This document shows positions 47,931 to 56,864 of a DNA stretch of 64,000 bases, one piece after another. Made by a program: the position numbers and the translations under genes. The notes under the pieces were generated by a model. The model ran no database searches, was not told the origin of the DNA, and saw only the letters and a list, made by a program, of their open reading frames with translations. The stretch is from Pseudomonas phage vB_PaeM_GXNNA8, in sequence record PV400810.1; one strand, written 5' to 3'. Position 1 is the stretch's first letter, and each line of letters opens with the position of its first letter.

Positions 47931-48479
47931 TTAGTGAGAGTGGGCTTTAGCCCGACAGCTTTCAGTATGGATGAGATAACGTTGCATCATGTCCTCATCC
48001 ATGCTTTTCAAGTACGCGGATTCTTTATCCAATACAGTGAACCAATGTTCCAGGAGCTCAGGATAACGGTCTCGCTCTTTACACACCAGGATAAAGGGCA
48101 CACCACCACCCCATCCCCACACACGATCCATGTGGCGAAACAGCGACATGTCTATTTCAGCCAAGAGATCCTCGTGAACCAGCAGGTGCGCAATCCTCTC
48201 CCCCACTTTTTCTACCAGGTGGTCGTAATGCACTTTGGGGAACGAATGGGCAAAGGCAAAGGGATTGGTCTCAGTGGTGCGGTGTTTACGAATACGAACC
48301 TGTTTCAGTTCTTCCCACTCCCAGACATTAATCGGGGTTAACGAGACCTCGATAGCCTCATGGAACTTCCCACCCATCCGACACAAGCACCGGGAGAACG
48401 TCTTCCAATACCCACTGAAATGGAACCAGTCACCGTTCTCACTGATGATGTACTCAGGCGGTGAAGTGTTTGTCTTCAT
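47931..48479 (-). CDS. Hypothetical protein (182 aa)
   Basis: ORF. Confidence 0.5.
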   Translation of the reverse strand: MKTNTSPPEYIISENGDWFHFSGYWKTFSRCLCRMGGKFHEAIEVSLTPINVWEWEELKQVRIRKHRTTETNPFAFAHSFPKVHYDHLVEKVGERIAHLLVHEDLLAEIDMSLFRHMDRVWGWGGGVPFILVCKERDRYPELLEHWFTVLDKESAYLKSMDEDMMQRYLIHTESCRAKAHSH

Positions 48480-48933
48480 TCATTTTTCTCCGTACAGAAC
48501 CCGACACAGCGGGGTTAAAAGGTTTCCAACCGCCCAGTAACTTGATTTCGATTTTGTTATTCTCATTGAACCGTACAGCGGGCTTAATAAACGGTTGAAG
48601 TTCTTCATCCAGATTCCGGTAATTAGCCGACTCATTCCGGTGGAAGACATAGTCATCGATGACGTCGTCTTCTTCCTTACGCAGTTCGTTAATAACCCCG
48701 ATCAGTGCTTCGACATCATAATCCGGGAACCCTGGAGCGACACCCATAATCCAGCGAGGGTTCGGTTTACCATCCAACGTGGTATGAGGGACGGTCTTCA
48801 ACACGACCGATACCACGGTTTTGAGGTAGTCCGTGGTTACATCCTTGATGAGGGCGTTGGTCTCCTCTTGACTCAAGAGAGGCTCATGTTGACGTTTGAA
48901 GACCCGTTTAATCCACTGTGTGAACACATTCAC
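48454..48933 (-). CDS. Hypothetical protein (159 aa)
   Basis: ORF overlapping its neighbour by 26 nt. Confidence 0.5.
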   Translation of the reverse strand: MNVFTQWIKRVFKRQHEPLLSQEETNALIKDVTTDYLKTVVSVVLKTVPHTTLDGKPNPRWIMGVAPGFPDYDVEALIGVINELRKEEDDVIDDYVFHRNESANYRNLDEELQPFIKPAVRFNENNKIEIKLLGGWKPFNPAVSGSVRRKMNEDKHFTA

Positions 48934-48936
48934 TAT

Positions 48937-49215
48937 TCACCTCTTCTTACCGCGTGTCTCTAGAACAAACCGCCCCTTCCGTATCGCAAACTTAAAACTG
49001 GCTAGCTGTTGTGGCGTCAGGGAAAGTGACGGATCCTGTAAACGAAGCTGGACCCCAATAGGGTTATTACCACTGAAAGTATACACGTACCCTATTAGGG
49101 TTTCGTCACCTCCCCTCGTCAGAGTTACCACACGGACCCCCACATCCAGCAATTGGGTTTTCAACACCGCTCGCTGGGAGTCTGAGAGTCCGTGTTTAAC
49201 CTCAACCTTTACCAT
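48937..49215 (-). CDS. Hypothetical small protein (92 aa)
   Basis: ORF. Confidence 0.45.
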   Translation of the reverse strand: MVKVEVKHGLSDSQRAVLKTQLLDVGVRVVTLTRGGDETLIGYVYTFSGNNPIGVQLRLQDPSLSLTPQQLASFKFAIRKGRFVLETRGKKR

Positions 49216-49541
49216 AGCCCATTTTCGTCCTTGAAACTCTTGAGCGTGGAGGTGGTGTTTTCGACCCTCGCTTCGAATGCCTGGAGAAGGTCTTTATAGA
49301 GCAGCTCCAGGCCTGCCTGGTACTGTTCTTCTCGGACCGAGACCTCTCGGTAGTCTTTGGACCTGTACCCGTAGGTCCGCGAGGCATCGCTCACCCGCTG
49401 CATACTGAAAAGTATTAGCTCCAGTACGTCACTCGATTTCTCTTGGATCTCTAGAGTCGTACGTGCCTGTTGGTTGATTTCACTATACCCTGAGGTAATG
49501 TGTTGCATCATCAAAGGCGTGGGAATAAATTCGACTGTCAT
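49209..49541 (-). CDS. Hypothetical protein (110 aa)
   Basis: ORF. Confidence 0.45.
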   Translation of the reverse strand: MTVEFIPTPLMMQHITSGYSEINQQARTTLEIQEKSSDVLELILFSMQRVSDASRTYGYRSKDYREVSVREEQYQAGLELLYKDLLQAFEARVENTTSTLKSFKDENGLW

Positions 49542-49549
49542 ACGTCACC

Positions 49550-49777
49550 TTAAATGTAAAGAGGTTGTTCTTTCGGAATTAGCATGTCCTTGTACAAGAA
49601 CAAAGTGTCCCCTGTCTTAATACCCGGAAGGATACCTTTAATGAAAAAGCAAAGGGCGCCGTGGGCGATAACAATACCCGTGTCTTTGACTGCCTTTACT
49701 TTAAAAATGTCGTACGGGGATAAGTCCGCTAATTCCTCCGGTTTTAACACGAGATGAATGTTGGGAAGCATCGTCAA
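49550..49777 (-). CDS. Possible small protein (75 aa or shorter)
   Basis: As listed, the ORF overlaps the 3' end of 49701-50171 by 77 nt in another frame. The true start is uncertain. Confidence 0.3.
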   Translation of the reverse strand: MTMLPNIHLVLKPEELADLSPYDIFKVKAVKDTGIVIAHGALCFFIKGILPGIKTGDTLFLYKDMLIPKEQPLYI

Positions 49778-50171
49778 CGTCGCTTCCTCCTTTAGGGATG
49801 AATGAACAGTGCGTAAACAGCGCTTTATCGCTGAAAAACGTATCCGAGTCTTCTACCAAGCGACTGATCCCTATTTCAGGTTGCTCGCCCACTAAGTAGA
49901 AGTACAAAATCTCATTGCGTTCCGCATTCAGGTAGGTTACGACCGTGTCATCAAAGTCGTAGTCTCGGGGTTCCACCCCGATAAACAAACGCCCTTGGTA
50001 GATTACTCGGTCGGCGGTGAGGTCGAACGTATTAACCTGGAGACTCATGGACAGGGAATGGAAACGCTCAGGGTCTTGGGTAAACCCGTATTGGTGACAG
50101 ACAAAGCTGTCTTCGTTGGCCTTTACAACCAGAGAAACCAGGAGCGTGGTGATCAAAACAATCCATTTCAT
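49701..50171 (-). CDS. Secreted/periplasmic hypothetical protein (156 aa) with N-terminal signal peptide
   Basis: The internal start MKWIVLITTLLVSLVVKANE (signal-peptide-like) has AAGGAG upstream. The ORF-track start at 50246 would overlap the upstream gene. Confidence 0.55.
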   Translation of the reverse strand: MKWIVLITTLLVSLVVKANEDSFVCHQYGFTQDPERFHSLSMSLQVNTFDLTADRVIYQGRLFIGVEPRDYDFDDTVVTYLNAERNEILYFYLVGEQPEIGISRLVEDSDTFFSDKALFTHCSFIPKGGSDVDDASQHSSRVKTGGISGLIPVRHF

Positions 50172-50181
50172 ACCGTTCTCC

Positions 50182-50742
50182 TTAAAACAATTGTTCCAGT
50201 GTGACATTTTTATCCACGTCAGAAAGGTGATTCCGGAAACCGTCAACGATGACCGCCAGCTTATCGAGGAAGATACGTTCGAGGTCAGGGTTATTCAGCG
50301 TGGTCGAGAAAACCATTTCATTGATGTCTCTACCAAATAACTCGACTTTCAACGCTGCGCCCTTAATCTTCCCGTGGATCAGGATGGGGTATTCTTGTTG
50401 GAGTACGAAGGAGCAGTATTCGGGTACGCTCTTATACCCACCCCTCTCGTACTCTCGAATCTTTTGTTTAACCCAGAACTGTAAGTTCTCGAACAGTTCA
50501 ATGACTTCCAAGACCTTGTCGTGGTAAGCTTTCAGTTCCCGTGGATCAGTTAGTTTCTGGGGATCGATGTACCCTACTCGAATGATTTCACCCATTTTCC
50601 CGAAACTGAAACCCGTTATCAACTTGAGTCGTCCGTCCTTGGTTTTAATCGCCGTGGATTCATAGACCCCGTGGACCGAACGGAAGACAGGAGGAAGGAC
50701 GCGGTTACTGAACACAATCGTAGTCATCTTAGACTCCAACAT
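50182..50742 (-). CDS. Hypothetical protein (186 aa)
   Basis: ORF. Confidence 0.55.
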   Translation of the reverse strand: MLESKMTTIVFSNRVLPPVFRSVHGVYESTAIKTKDGRLKLITGFSFGKMGEIIRVGYIDPQKLTDPRELKAYHDKVLEVIELFENLQFWVKQKIREYERGGYKSVPEYCSFVLQQEYPILIHGKIKGAALKVELFGRDINEMVFSTTLNNPDLERIFLDKLAVIVDGFRNHLSDVDKNVTLEQLF

Positions 50743-50773
50743 TGTTGCTAGGAAGTGAGTAGGAAGTAAGGGT

Positions 50774-51256
50774 TTAATCCAGGAGAGATCGCACGCCCTT
50801 TAAGGCCTGTTCTTCATGTTGGCTATCTTCCTTAAAGATAAAGCCATTCCGTTCGTAGAAGCGACGCGCGGAGGGATTCCACGCCATTACGGTGACAAAG
50901 ATCGGATGACCCAGCTTGATGCGGTGGAATTGTTCAACCAGAACCTTACCGACGTGCTTGTTCCGGTACTTCTCTTCTACAAACAAGACTTCGATGTCAT
51001 TGGGGCGTTCGTAGGCGGACAGCAGCATCCCGATGGGCGTATCCTCATCCAAGGCCAGAATACAGAGATCCGTATCCGCGAAGAGCTCATCATAAGCGTT
51101 TGCCGAGTTTGGGGCTTCGTATTGGTCTTTGAGGTGGGCGGGTATTCCCGACAAGGCAAACTCGTAGTCGAACAGTCGGGTAGAGAAGTCGATGATGGTC
51201 TCCCGTATCCCCTCAATCTGATGAAACCGGTGGAGAATGTCTAAACGAATTGTCAT
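50774..51256 (-). CDS. GNAT family N-acetyltransferase (second copy)
   Basis: Motif A LFVEEKYRNKHVGKVLV and motif B NPSARRFYERNGF. Shares LFVEE.(F/Y)R with the GNAT at 40540. Confidence 0.75.
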   Translation of the reverse strand: MTIRLDILHRFHQIEGIRETIIDFSTRLFDYEFALSGIPAHLKDQYEAPNSANAYDELFADTDLCILALDEDTPIGMLLSAYERPNDIEVLFVEEKYRNKHVGKVLVEQFHRIKLGHPIFVTVMAWNPSARRFYERNGFIFKEDSQHEEQALKGVRSLLD

Positions 51257-51283
51257 AGGGCGTGTCCTATCTTAATACGGATG

Positions 51284-51307
51284 AACAGGAGGGATGCCCC
51301 TCCTGTT
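51284..51307 (-). terminator. Terminator 3' of gene 51320-51766
   Basis: AACAGGAGGG-ATGC-CCCTCCTGTT. Confidence 0.55.
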
Positions 51308-51319
51308 CTGCACCGGAAG

Positions 51320-51766
51320 TTAATTCACACGACAGGGCGCTATGGTGACGACCCGGACAATGGGGTTCTCATCTTCCTCTTCACTGCTGACGGTGGGATC
51401 ATCAGTAACGAAGAGGAGGAAATAAGGAGTTCCTACACCGTTGAACTTCTTAAACAGCATGATGGTGTCATTATCGGCATAGTTCCCCGTCTTCGAAATC
51501 AAAGGTTCTATCGTCAGGATTTGATCTTCCTTGAAGAGTGAATTCGCTTTGATTACATATCCCCGAGTCGTTCGAAGCACTACGGTCCTTTCCCACTGGA
51601 TGGGATTGTCCGTTATGACTTCATCACTCCCCTCAACGGTATCCACCTCGTTATCAGTGTACCCTTCACAGGTGTAGGTCTCAGGACCGTTGAGCGCGCT
51701 CTCACGGTTAACCGCACCGAACGCTACCACGGGGAACAGCAGAATTGCAAAGATAAAGTGTTTCAT
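51320..51766 (-). CDS. Secreted hypothetical protein (148 aa) with signal peptide
   Basis: MKHFIFAILLFPVVAFGAVN at the N-terminus. Terminator at 51284-51307 lies 3' of it. Confidence 0.55.
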   Translation of the reverse strand: MKHFIFAILLFPVVAFGAVNRESALNGPETYTCEGYTDNEVDTVEGSDEVITDNPIQWERTVVLRTTRGYVIKANSLFKEDQILTIEPLISKTGNYADNDTIMLFKKFNGVGTPYFLLFVTDDPTVSSEEEDENPIVRVVTIAPCRVN

Positions 51767-51872
51767 GAACGCAGAACTCCTTATTCTCTTTAGTTCAGAA
51801 CATTACTTCGTTTTCTTCAACAGTGCCCGTCTGAACAAGAACTGTGTAACTTGGGATTTCCCATACGAAGCG

Positions 51873-52046
51873 TTAACTTGAGGTAAGTCGTACATCTTCG
51901 TATTGAAACACGGAACTTCTGTATGACGGAAGCTCGTTGGCAACGGGTATTTCTTGAATTGGCGTAACAGGGACATTTTGTTGACTCTCCTGGGTCTTTA
52001 AGGATTGCTCACGTACCCATTCAGCTATTTCACGTAGAGTTGACAT
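51873..52046 (-). CDS. Small ORF (57 aa) not in the ORF track, translationally coupled to the upstream gene
   Basis: The ATG at 52046 directly follows the TGA of 52047-52256 (TGAATG). Open for 57 codons to a TAA at 51873. Confidence 0.35.
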   Translation of the reverse strand: MSTLREIAEWVREQSLKTQESQQNVPVTPIQEIPVANELPSYRSSVFQYEDVRLTSS

Positions 52047-52256
52047 TCAGTTCTTATTACCCGAGAGAAAACGAGTGGTGAGTTCAACGGCATCCTTACC
52101 AAACCGACGCTCAGCAGCTAGGAACCCAGCCCCGGGAGATGTTCCTATCTCCATTGTCATCACGAAGCTGATACGAGCCAACCACAACGCTTCCCGATCA
52201 AACTGGAGACCCAGTGGGCTTACGGGTGGACGGTTAATTGAACGTCGTATGCTCAT
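52047..52256 (-). CDS. Small hypothetical protein (69 aa)
   Basis: 4-nt overlap with the upstream gene 52253-52561. Confidence 0.4.
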   Translation of the reverse strand: MSIRRSINRPPVSPLGLQFDREALWLARISFVMTMEIGTSPGAGFLAAERRFGKDAVELTTRFLSGNKN

Positions 52257-52561
52257 GCTGTTTCCCCCTTAGTCTGTTTAGCTCGTAAGGCAAGAATCGC
52301 TTTCCCTGCATTGCGAGCGGTGGGTGTGGTGACCCTGTTGATAATCCGGTACCAAGTGATCCAAACAGGATTCAGTTTACCCGACTTCGTCACCAGATCT
52401 GGTTCAGGCATCTTCTTGACCCGTTCCACCTGATGATAACTGACCTCCTTAGGTTTCAGGCCGTATTGGTTACCGTACCACGTTCTCCATTTAGGATTGA
52501 ACTCTCCGTTAGGAAGAATCATAGGAACTTCTTCCTCAGGACTCCCAGGGGATTTGGTCAT
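52253..52561 (-). CDS. Hypothetical protein (102 aa) with internal NPxW.TWY repeats
   Basis: NPKWRTWYGNQYG and NPVWITWYRI form a repeat. Confidence 0.5.
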   Translation of the reverse strand: MTKSPGSPEEEVPMILPNGEFNPKWRTWYGNQYGLKPKEVSYHQVERVKKMPEPDLVTKSGKLNPVWITWYRIINRVTTPTARNAGKAILALRAKQTKGETA

Positions 52562-52575
52562 CGTAATACCCGTTC

Positions 52576-52980
52576 TTAGTTCTGACGATCAGCCTGATGT
52601 TCAACCAGGAATTTGATGAACTCCTTCTCATTACCCGGTTGATTGGGGTCCGTGTTGAACACCATGGGTGTTTCCCCCTGTCTTTCCAGACGGAGACCGG
52701 ACGTAAAGGGAACGTAAAACAATTCGAACCCTGTATCGAAATCGTAATAGACCCTGAACTTGAGATTCCCGACGTACCCTTCACCGAACGCTCTCCCGAA
52801 GACGTACTGGAATTTAATCCACGCTTCCAGTCCCGATTCAGTCCCACGCTCACAACGACTCATCAAGTATTTCTCATGGTTCCGTATATGGTCTTTGTTC
52901 GTAACGTAGTCGACAAACTGCGAGATCGGCCCCTCGGTGCATTCATCGTCTCGGTCAGTTTTCAACGAACGGTCTATCAT
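52576..52980 (-). CDS. Hypothetical protein (134 aa)
   Basis: ORF. Promoter motif 59 bp upstream (53039-53059). Confidence 0.55.
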   Translation of the reverse strand: MIDRSLKTDRDDECTEGPISQFVDYVTNKDHIRNHEKYLMSRCERGTESGLEAWIKFQYVFGRAFGEGYVGNLKFRVYYDFDTGFELFYVPFTSGLRLERQGETPMVFNTDPNQPGNEKEFIKFLVEHQADRQN

Positions 52981-53038
52981 GAGGTGTTACTCCTTTGGGT
53001 TAAACAATGATCGTGTCGCTCATTCATATGAATAATGT

Positions 53039-53059
53039 AGGTTTGAGAATAAATACGTT
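53039..53059 (-). promoter_or_regulatory. Promoter-like motif GAATAATGTAGGTTTGAGAAT, 59 bp upstream of gene 52576-52980
   Basis: Family member. Confidence 0.5.
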
Positions 53060-53083
53060 TTAAACTAAAAGAAATAAACACCC

Positions 53084-53116
53084 ACCACCCCAACTCCTTT
53101 TACAGAGTGGGGTGGT
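53084..53116 (-). terminator. Terminator hairpin in the 52980-53279 intergenic region
   Basis: ACCACCCCACT...AGTGGGGTGGT, 11-bp stem. Confidence 0.55.
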
Positions 53117-53124
53117 TAGGCGGG

Positions 53125-53289
53125 TTACAGGACCAAGGTATTCAGTTCGTGAGTGGGATCATCCTTAATCCGTTCCAATTCCTTCTTAAACACCTTAACC
53201 TGTAGCTTCACATCGGTAGCGATAAGGTATTCAGGAAAGGTTAAGAAGGGGTTATAGGGAACCTTGGGGCGTTCGACTTTAGGTTTCAT
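53125..53289 (-). CDS. Small ORF (54 aa) not in the ORF track
   Basis: The ATG at 53289 is 5 nt after the stop of 53279-53749. Open for 54 codons. Ends just 5' of the terminator 53084-53116. Confidence 0.3.
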   Translation of the reverse strand: MKPKVERPKVPYNPFLTFPEYLIATDVKLQVKVFKKELERIKDDPTHELNTLVL

Positions 53290-53749
53290 GGCATCCCCAT
53301 CGTTTATTCTTCAGATCCAGTAATGAATAACCAAGAATCATCGCTTCCCTGGGGGTCATGTTTTCTTCGATACACATATACATAACCCAGGCCTGACTTA
53401 CATACCGACCATTTTCCGTTTTTAATTGGGGTGGGGCGGTCCAGAAACGTTGACGGTGGGTGATGGTTTTATCGATATTGATACGCACCACATTACTAAC
53501 CGGAATAAGGTTCCTGTAATCCTGGATTCCTGACGAACGATTACGTTCTTTCCACCAACTGATCCACGCCGGTGAGGTCATAGGGGCGATGTAGAGTTTG
53601 TTATTTCTTTTCTTCGCAATAACAAAGATGGTGGGTTCATTCGGGTCCGGGGTGTAGAAGGGGGTTTCGTCGCTGTATTGCGTCATCTCGTCCAGAGATT
53701 CATTCAGAAACCGTTCAATAAAGCTTGCTTGCTTATCGGAGTTTGCCAT
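53279..53749 (-). CDS. Hypothetical protein (156 aa)
   Basis: ORF. Confidence 0.55.
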   Translation of the reverse strand: MANSDKQASFIERFLNESLDEMTQYSDETPFYTPDPNEPTIFVIAKKRNNKLYIAPMTSPAWISWWKERNRSSGIQDYRNLIPVSNVVRINIDKTITHRQRFWTAPPQLKTENGRYVSQAWVMYMCIEENMTPREAMILGYSLLDLKNKRWGCHET

Positions 53750-53751
53750 AA

Positions 53752-54357
53752 TTAACCTACCTTCTTCAACAGAGCTTTCAGTTCATTATCTGCACGCTGG
53801 CGATCTTCTTCTTCCCACTGACGTTTACATTCTTCCCAATACTCATCCTTAAAGGCATGATCAACTAGGAAGGTGATACCTGAGAATCCAAAGTCTTGGA
53901 AGAGCACAATACGCCCCCGGAAGCTTCGACGACGTTCCTTAACCATCCACGCATTCAGCGCCTGATCGATAATCGCCTGCTCTTCCTCAGGGTCCCATTC
54001 CCCATCTTGGTTACTCAACCACTTCGGGTTGGTCTTCAGGCTGAAACCATAGAGGGTTCCCTTATCAAAGATCATCCCATGGTTCCCTTCCTCAATGAAC
54101 TGTTTCATTAAGACAGGATACTGGTCCATTTCAGCGAATGCGTGTTCCAGCCAGTGAATAGGATCTTTCCCCAGAATAATGTTGCTAATAAAGGTGTCCC
54201 GAATGAACTCAGGGAGTTCAGGCAACATCCTCATGCAGACCTTCTTCATCTTCTTAGGATTACGGGTAAAATGGTCTTTAAGGTATTGGAGCGCTCGGAT
54301 CTCTTGATCGAAGTTAGGGAGCGTTGGATCGTTGACATATGCGTCCATTAATATCAA
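53752..54357 (-). CDS. Hypothetical protein (201 aa)
   Basis: ORF. Confidence 0.55.
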   Translation of the reverse strand: MILMDAYVNDPTLPNFDQEIRALQYLKDHFTRNPKKMKKVCMRMLPELPEFIRDTFISNIILGKDPIHWLEHAFAEMDQYPVLMKQFIEEGNHGMIFDKGTLYGFSLKTNPKWLSNQDGEWDPEEEQAIIDQALNAWMVKERRRSFRGRIVLFQDFGFSGITFLVDHAFKDEYWEECKRQWEEEDRQRADNELKALLKKVG

Positions 54358-54363
54358 CCTCGC

Positions 54364-54717
54364 TTATTCAGATGGATTAAGGTGATAACGAATCTGGGGG
54401 ATATGCCCATAGTCCTTCTCAAACTGGGCTTGGGAATCCCCAATAAGGGTTCTTTTATACCGCACTTTAAGGTAGACATTCTTAAGGAAATTCCAAATCC
54501 CTTTCTTTCTCTTCTCAGAATACCCGTGGATATACCCCAAGTAGAGGCAATTGAATTGGCACGAAGACAAGGAGTAATCCTTGAATTCGAGTGGAGCTCC
54601 GTAGTACCCAGCCTTATACCCCATGGTGTAGAAGAACTGATGGCTGAACTGGAGGGGTTTATGTGGTGTGTTGGATGTGTTCACGACCTTACCTCTAACA
54701 AAAATAAACACTCTCAT
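54364..54717 (-). CDS. Hypothetical protein (117 aa or slightly shorter)
   Basis: The listed ATG is only 8 bp from the promoter motif. An internal GTG with GAGGT SD (about 54681) is an alternative start. Confidence 0.5.
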   Translation of the reverse strand: MRVFIFVRGKVVNTSNTPHKPLQFSHQFFYTMGYKAGYYGAPLEFKDYSLSSCQFNCLYLGYIHGYSEKRKKGIWNFLKNVYLKVRYKRTLIGDSQAQFEKDYGHIPQIRYHLNPSE

Positions 54718-54724
54718 TACACAA

Positions 54725-54746
54725 GAATGATGTAGGTGTATTAAAA
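54725..54746 (-). promoter_or_regulatory. Promoter-like motif GAATGATGTAGGTGTATTAAAA, upstream of gene 54364-54717
   Basis: Family member. Terminator hairpin immediately beyond it. Confidence 0.45.
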
Positions 54747-54761
54747 AATAGAGAACGAATA

Positions 54762-54795
54762 CCCAACTACGAGGGAATAACCCCTCGTAGTTGGG
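54762..54795 (-). terminator. Terminator 3' of gene 54809-55558
   Basis: CCCAACTACGAGGG-AATAA-CCCCTCGTAGTTGGG. Confidence 0.6.
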
Positions 54796-54808
54796 CGCCG
54801 TCAGTCGA

Positions 54809-55558
54809 TTAACTGAGTTTAATCATGAAAGATCCGTTTTCTCCATCGACTTCGTAGCTGACATCAAAGACCTTGTTACCGTCTTTGTCATTTACAACCG
54901 ACAGGGTCTTTTTCATCAGGGGGATGAACGCTTCAGGTTGTTCCGGGTATTGGAACACGTCCTTCCAAGCGGGTGGGTTCCTCTCCTGAACCGGGAAGAA
55001 CGAAGAGAGAGGGAGAGGGTACACAGAACCACACACCGCATTCGAAGAGATATCCGAATGTTGCAAGGGTATCTCCTTGCCCAGACCATGTAGGATAAAT
55101 TTATCCCCATCGAGATCCGAGCGGACCATCGAACCGAGCAACACATGCGTGGGGATTTCGAACCGAGCACCAATCAACACCCGACCGTCGTCATACACGA
55201 AGCTTTTGAACACAAGTTTGATGAACCCGTAGATCGTAAAAACCCCGGGTTGTAGGGAAAGCTGCTTTAATCCGGGTTTACCGATGTTACTCCATATCAC
55301 CTTGCACTGGTCGAATTCCAACTGCTTACCGACCCACTCGGCATCACCAAACTGAGTGACGTACTCAACCAGAGCCTTCTGTGTACGGGTCAGTATGGTG
55401 TTGGCCAGCGCACCTCTGGTACTCCAGAACTTTACAGCGGAAATGAGGCGTTCTTTCGAATTGTAGGACACGGCACTTTTCCTTTCAGGGGTTTGGAGTG
55501 AGAGCGAATAAAATCGCCCTCGGGTTACGGAATAACAGCGACAGAGACCTCCCTCCAT
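54809..55558 (-). CDS. Hypothetical protein (249 aa)
   Basis: ORF. Terminator at 54762-54795 lies 3' of it. Confidence 0.55.
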   Translation of the reverse strand: MEGGLCRCYSVTRGRFYSLSLQTPERKSAVSYNSKERLISAVKFWSTRGALANTILTRTQKALVEYVTQFGDAEWVGKQLEFDQCKVIWSNIGKPGLKQLSLQPGVFTIYGFIKLVFKSFVYDDGRVLIGARFEIPTHVLLGSMVRSDLDGDKFILHGLGKEIPLQHSDISSNAVCGSVYPLPLSSFFPVQERNPPAWKDVFQYPEQPEAFIPLMKKTLSVVNDKDGNKVFDVSYEVDGENGSFMIKLS

Positions 55559-55577
55559 CGCTGTTATTCCGTATCGA

Positions 55578-56792
55578 TTAGAACATGGCGGTTATCGTGG
55601 CCAGAATGCCCTGGGGTTGAGAAACCGGTTCCGGTTGTGCCGTGACCTGCTCCCGAACGGAAACCGTCGCTACGGGCTCGCCTTGGGGCTGCTGAGGACC
55701 GAAGCCCAGAAGGCCTTGAGTGGTACGTCCGAGGTTGGAACCCGCCCCACCCAGGATCAGACCGATCGAACCACTCACGATGTAACGACCCGGTTCGCTC
55801 TTCATGAGGCCTTCTGCTTTCTCAGCCGCGAAGTAACCGGCCGCCGCACCCAGCCCCGTACCCACAACCGAACCGATGCTCACATTCCCACGTGATGCCA
55901 TTTCGACACCGCCGCCGATGATCGCCGCAGCAGCCGCCACCGCGCCGGAACCGAAGCCTTCTTCACGACCGCCCCGGAGGGTGTAGACAACACGTTCCTT
56001 GAAGGTACCCGGCGCTTGCCGTTGGGCTTTAGCCGCATCACGGCGCGCCTTTTCAGCTTCCACACCGGTGGCGTTGATGTCTTTTACCGCCTTGCTGTAT
56101 TGATTGATGAACTCCTGGCTGAGTTCGGGGTGGTCGTCCAGGAAGGCACGGAGCGCACCCGCCGGGGACGAGTGGTCTTGACTCTTGACGAGCTCTTCCA
56201 GTTCGGTCTTCAGGTGAGTCGGGAGACCGCCGTTGATCAGCCAGGCGTCGATAGTGTAGGACAGGATGTTGTCGGCCTTGAAGGTCACCCCCAGTACCTC
56301 GACGACCTCGTCGCTGTCATTGCTGTCGGACCAGCTGGAAGCCCCCGCCTGTTCTTCATAGGCGGCGCGGGCACCTTGGGATCGTTCCAGGAGTTGTTGG
56401 GCGAGCGGTTGGTTTTCTTCTTTCATGGTGTTCTCCAGGTGGGTCATTGCATCAGTTTCAGTGGGGGTTGCCGGAACAGCCTCTGCCTGCGAGGCCTGTT
56501 CATTCACTTCACCCATCACACGGACGGGAATGTCAACTTGCCCGGACAGTTTATCCGTTACGATCAACTTCTCCGGTTTCTTACCGGCGTGACGAACGTC
56601 GTTCATCGTAAACCGGGAACGAGTCGCCTCGTTGATCTTCTTCAGCGCAGACGGACGCTTTGCTTTATTGAAACGCGTCTCGTCGAAGAGGTGGTGGTAG
56701 ATGATCGACAGGATCTCCTCACGGTCTGTCTTTTCACCGATGTCACTCAAGACATTCGCCAGGGCGGCATTGAAGTCAGTAGTCACGCTCAT
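55578..56792 (-). CDS. Hypothetical protein (404 aa) with C-terminal glycine-zipper/membrane-like domain; GC-rich
   Basis: C-terminal GSGAVAAAAAIIGGGVEMASRGNVSIGSVVGTGLGAAAGYFAAE...GSIGLILGGAGSNLG (GxxxG/glycine-zipper-like). Local GC is about 65% against a genome background of about 50%. Promoter motif 73 bp upstream. Confidence 0.6.
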   Translation of the reverse strand: MSVTTDFNAALANVLSDIGEKTDREEILSIIYHHLFDETRFNKAKRPSALKKINEATRSRFTMNDVRHAGKKPEKLIVTDKLSGQVDIPVRVMGEVNEQASQAEAVPATPTETDAMTHLENTMKEENQPLAQQLLERSQGARAAYEEQAGASSWSDSNDSDEVVEVLGVTFKADNILSYTIDAWLINGGLPTHLKTELEELVKSQDHSSPAGALRAFLDDHPELSQEFINQYSKAVKDINATGVEAEKARRDAAKAQRQAPGTFKERVVYTLRGGREEGFGSGAVAAAAAIIGGGVEMASRGNVSIGSVVGTGLGAAAGYFAAEKAEGLMKSEPGRYIVSGSIGLILGGAGSNLGRTTQGLLGFGPQQPQGEPVATVSVREQVTAQPEPVSQPQGILATITAMF

Positions 56793-56864
56793 CTTGATAA
56801 CCCTTTTCTGTCTTTAGAAGGGAAAGTCACTTACCTGCAAACAATCCCGTTGTCTATTCACCTT

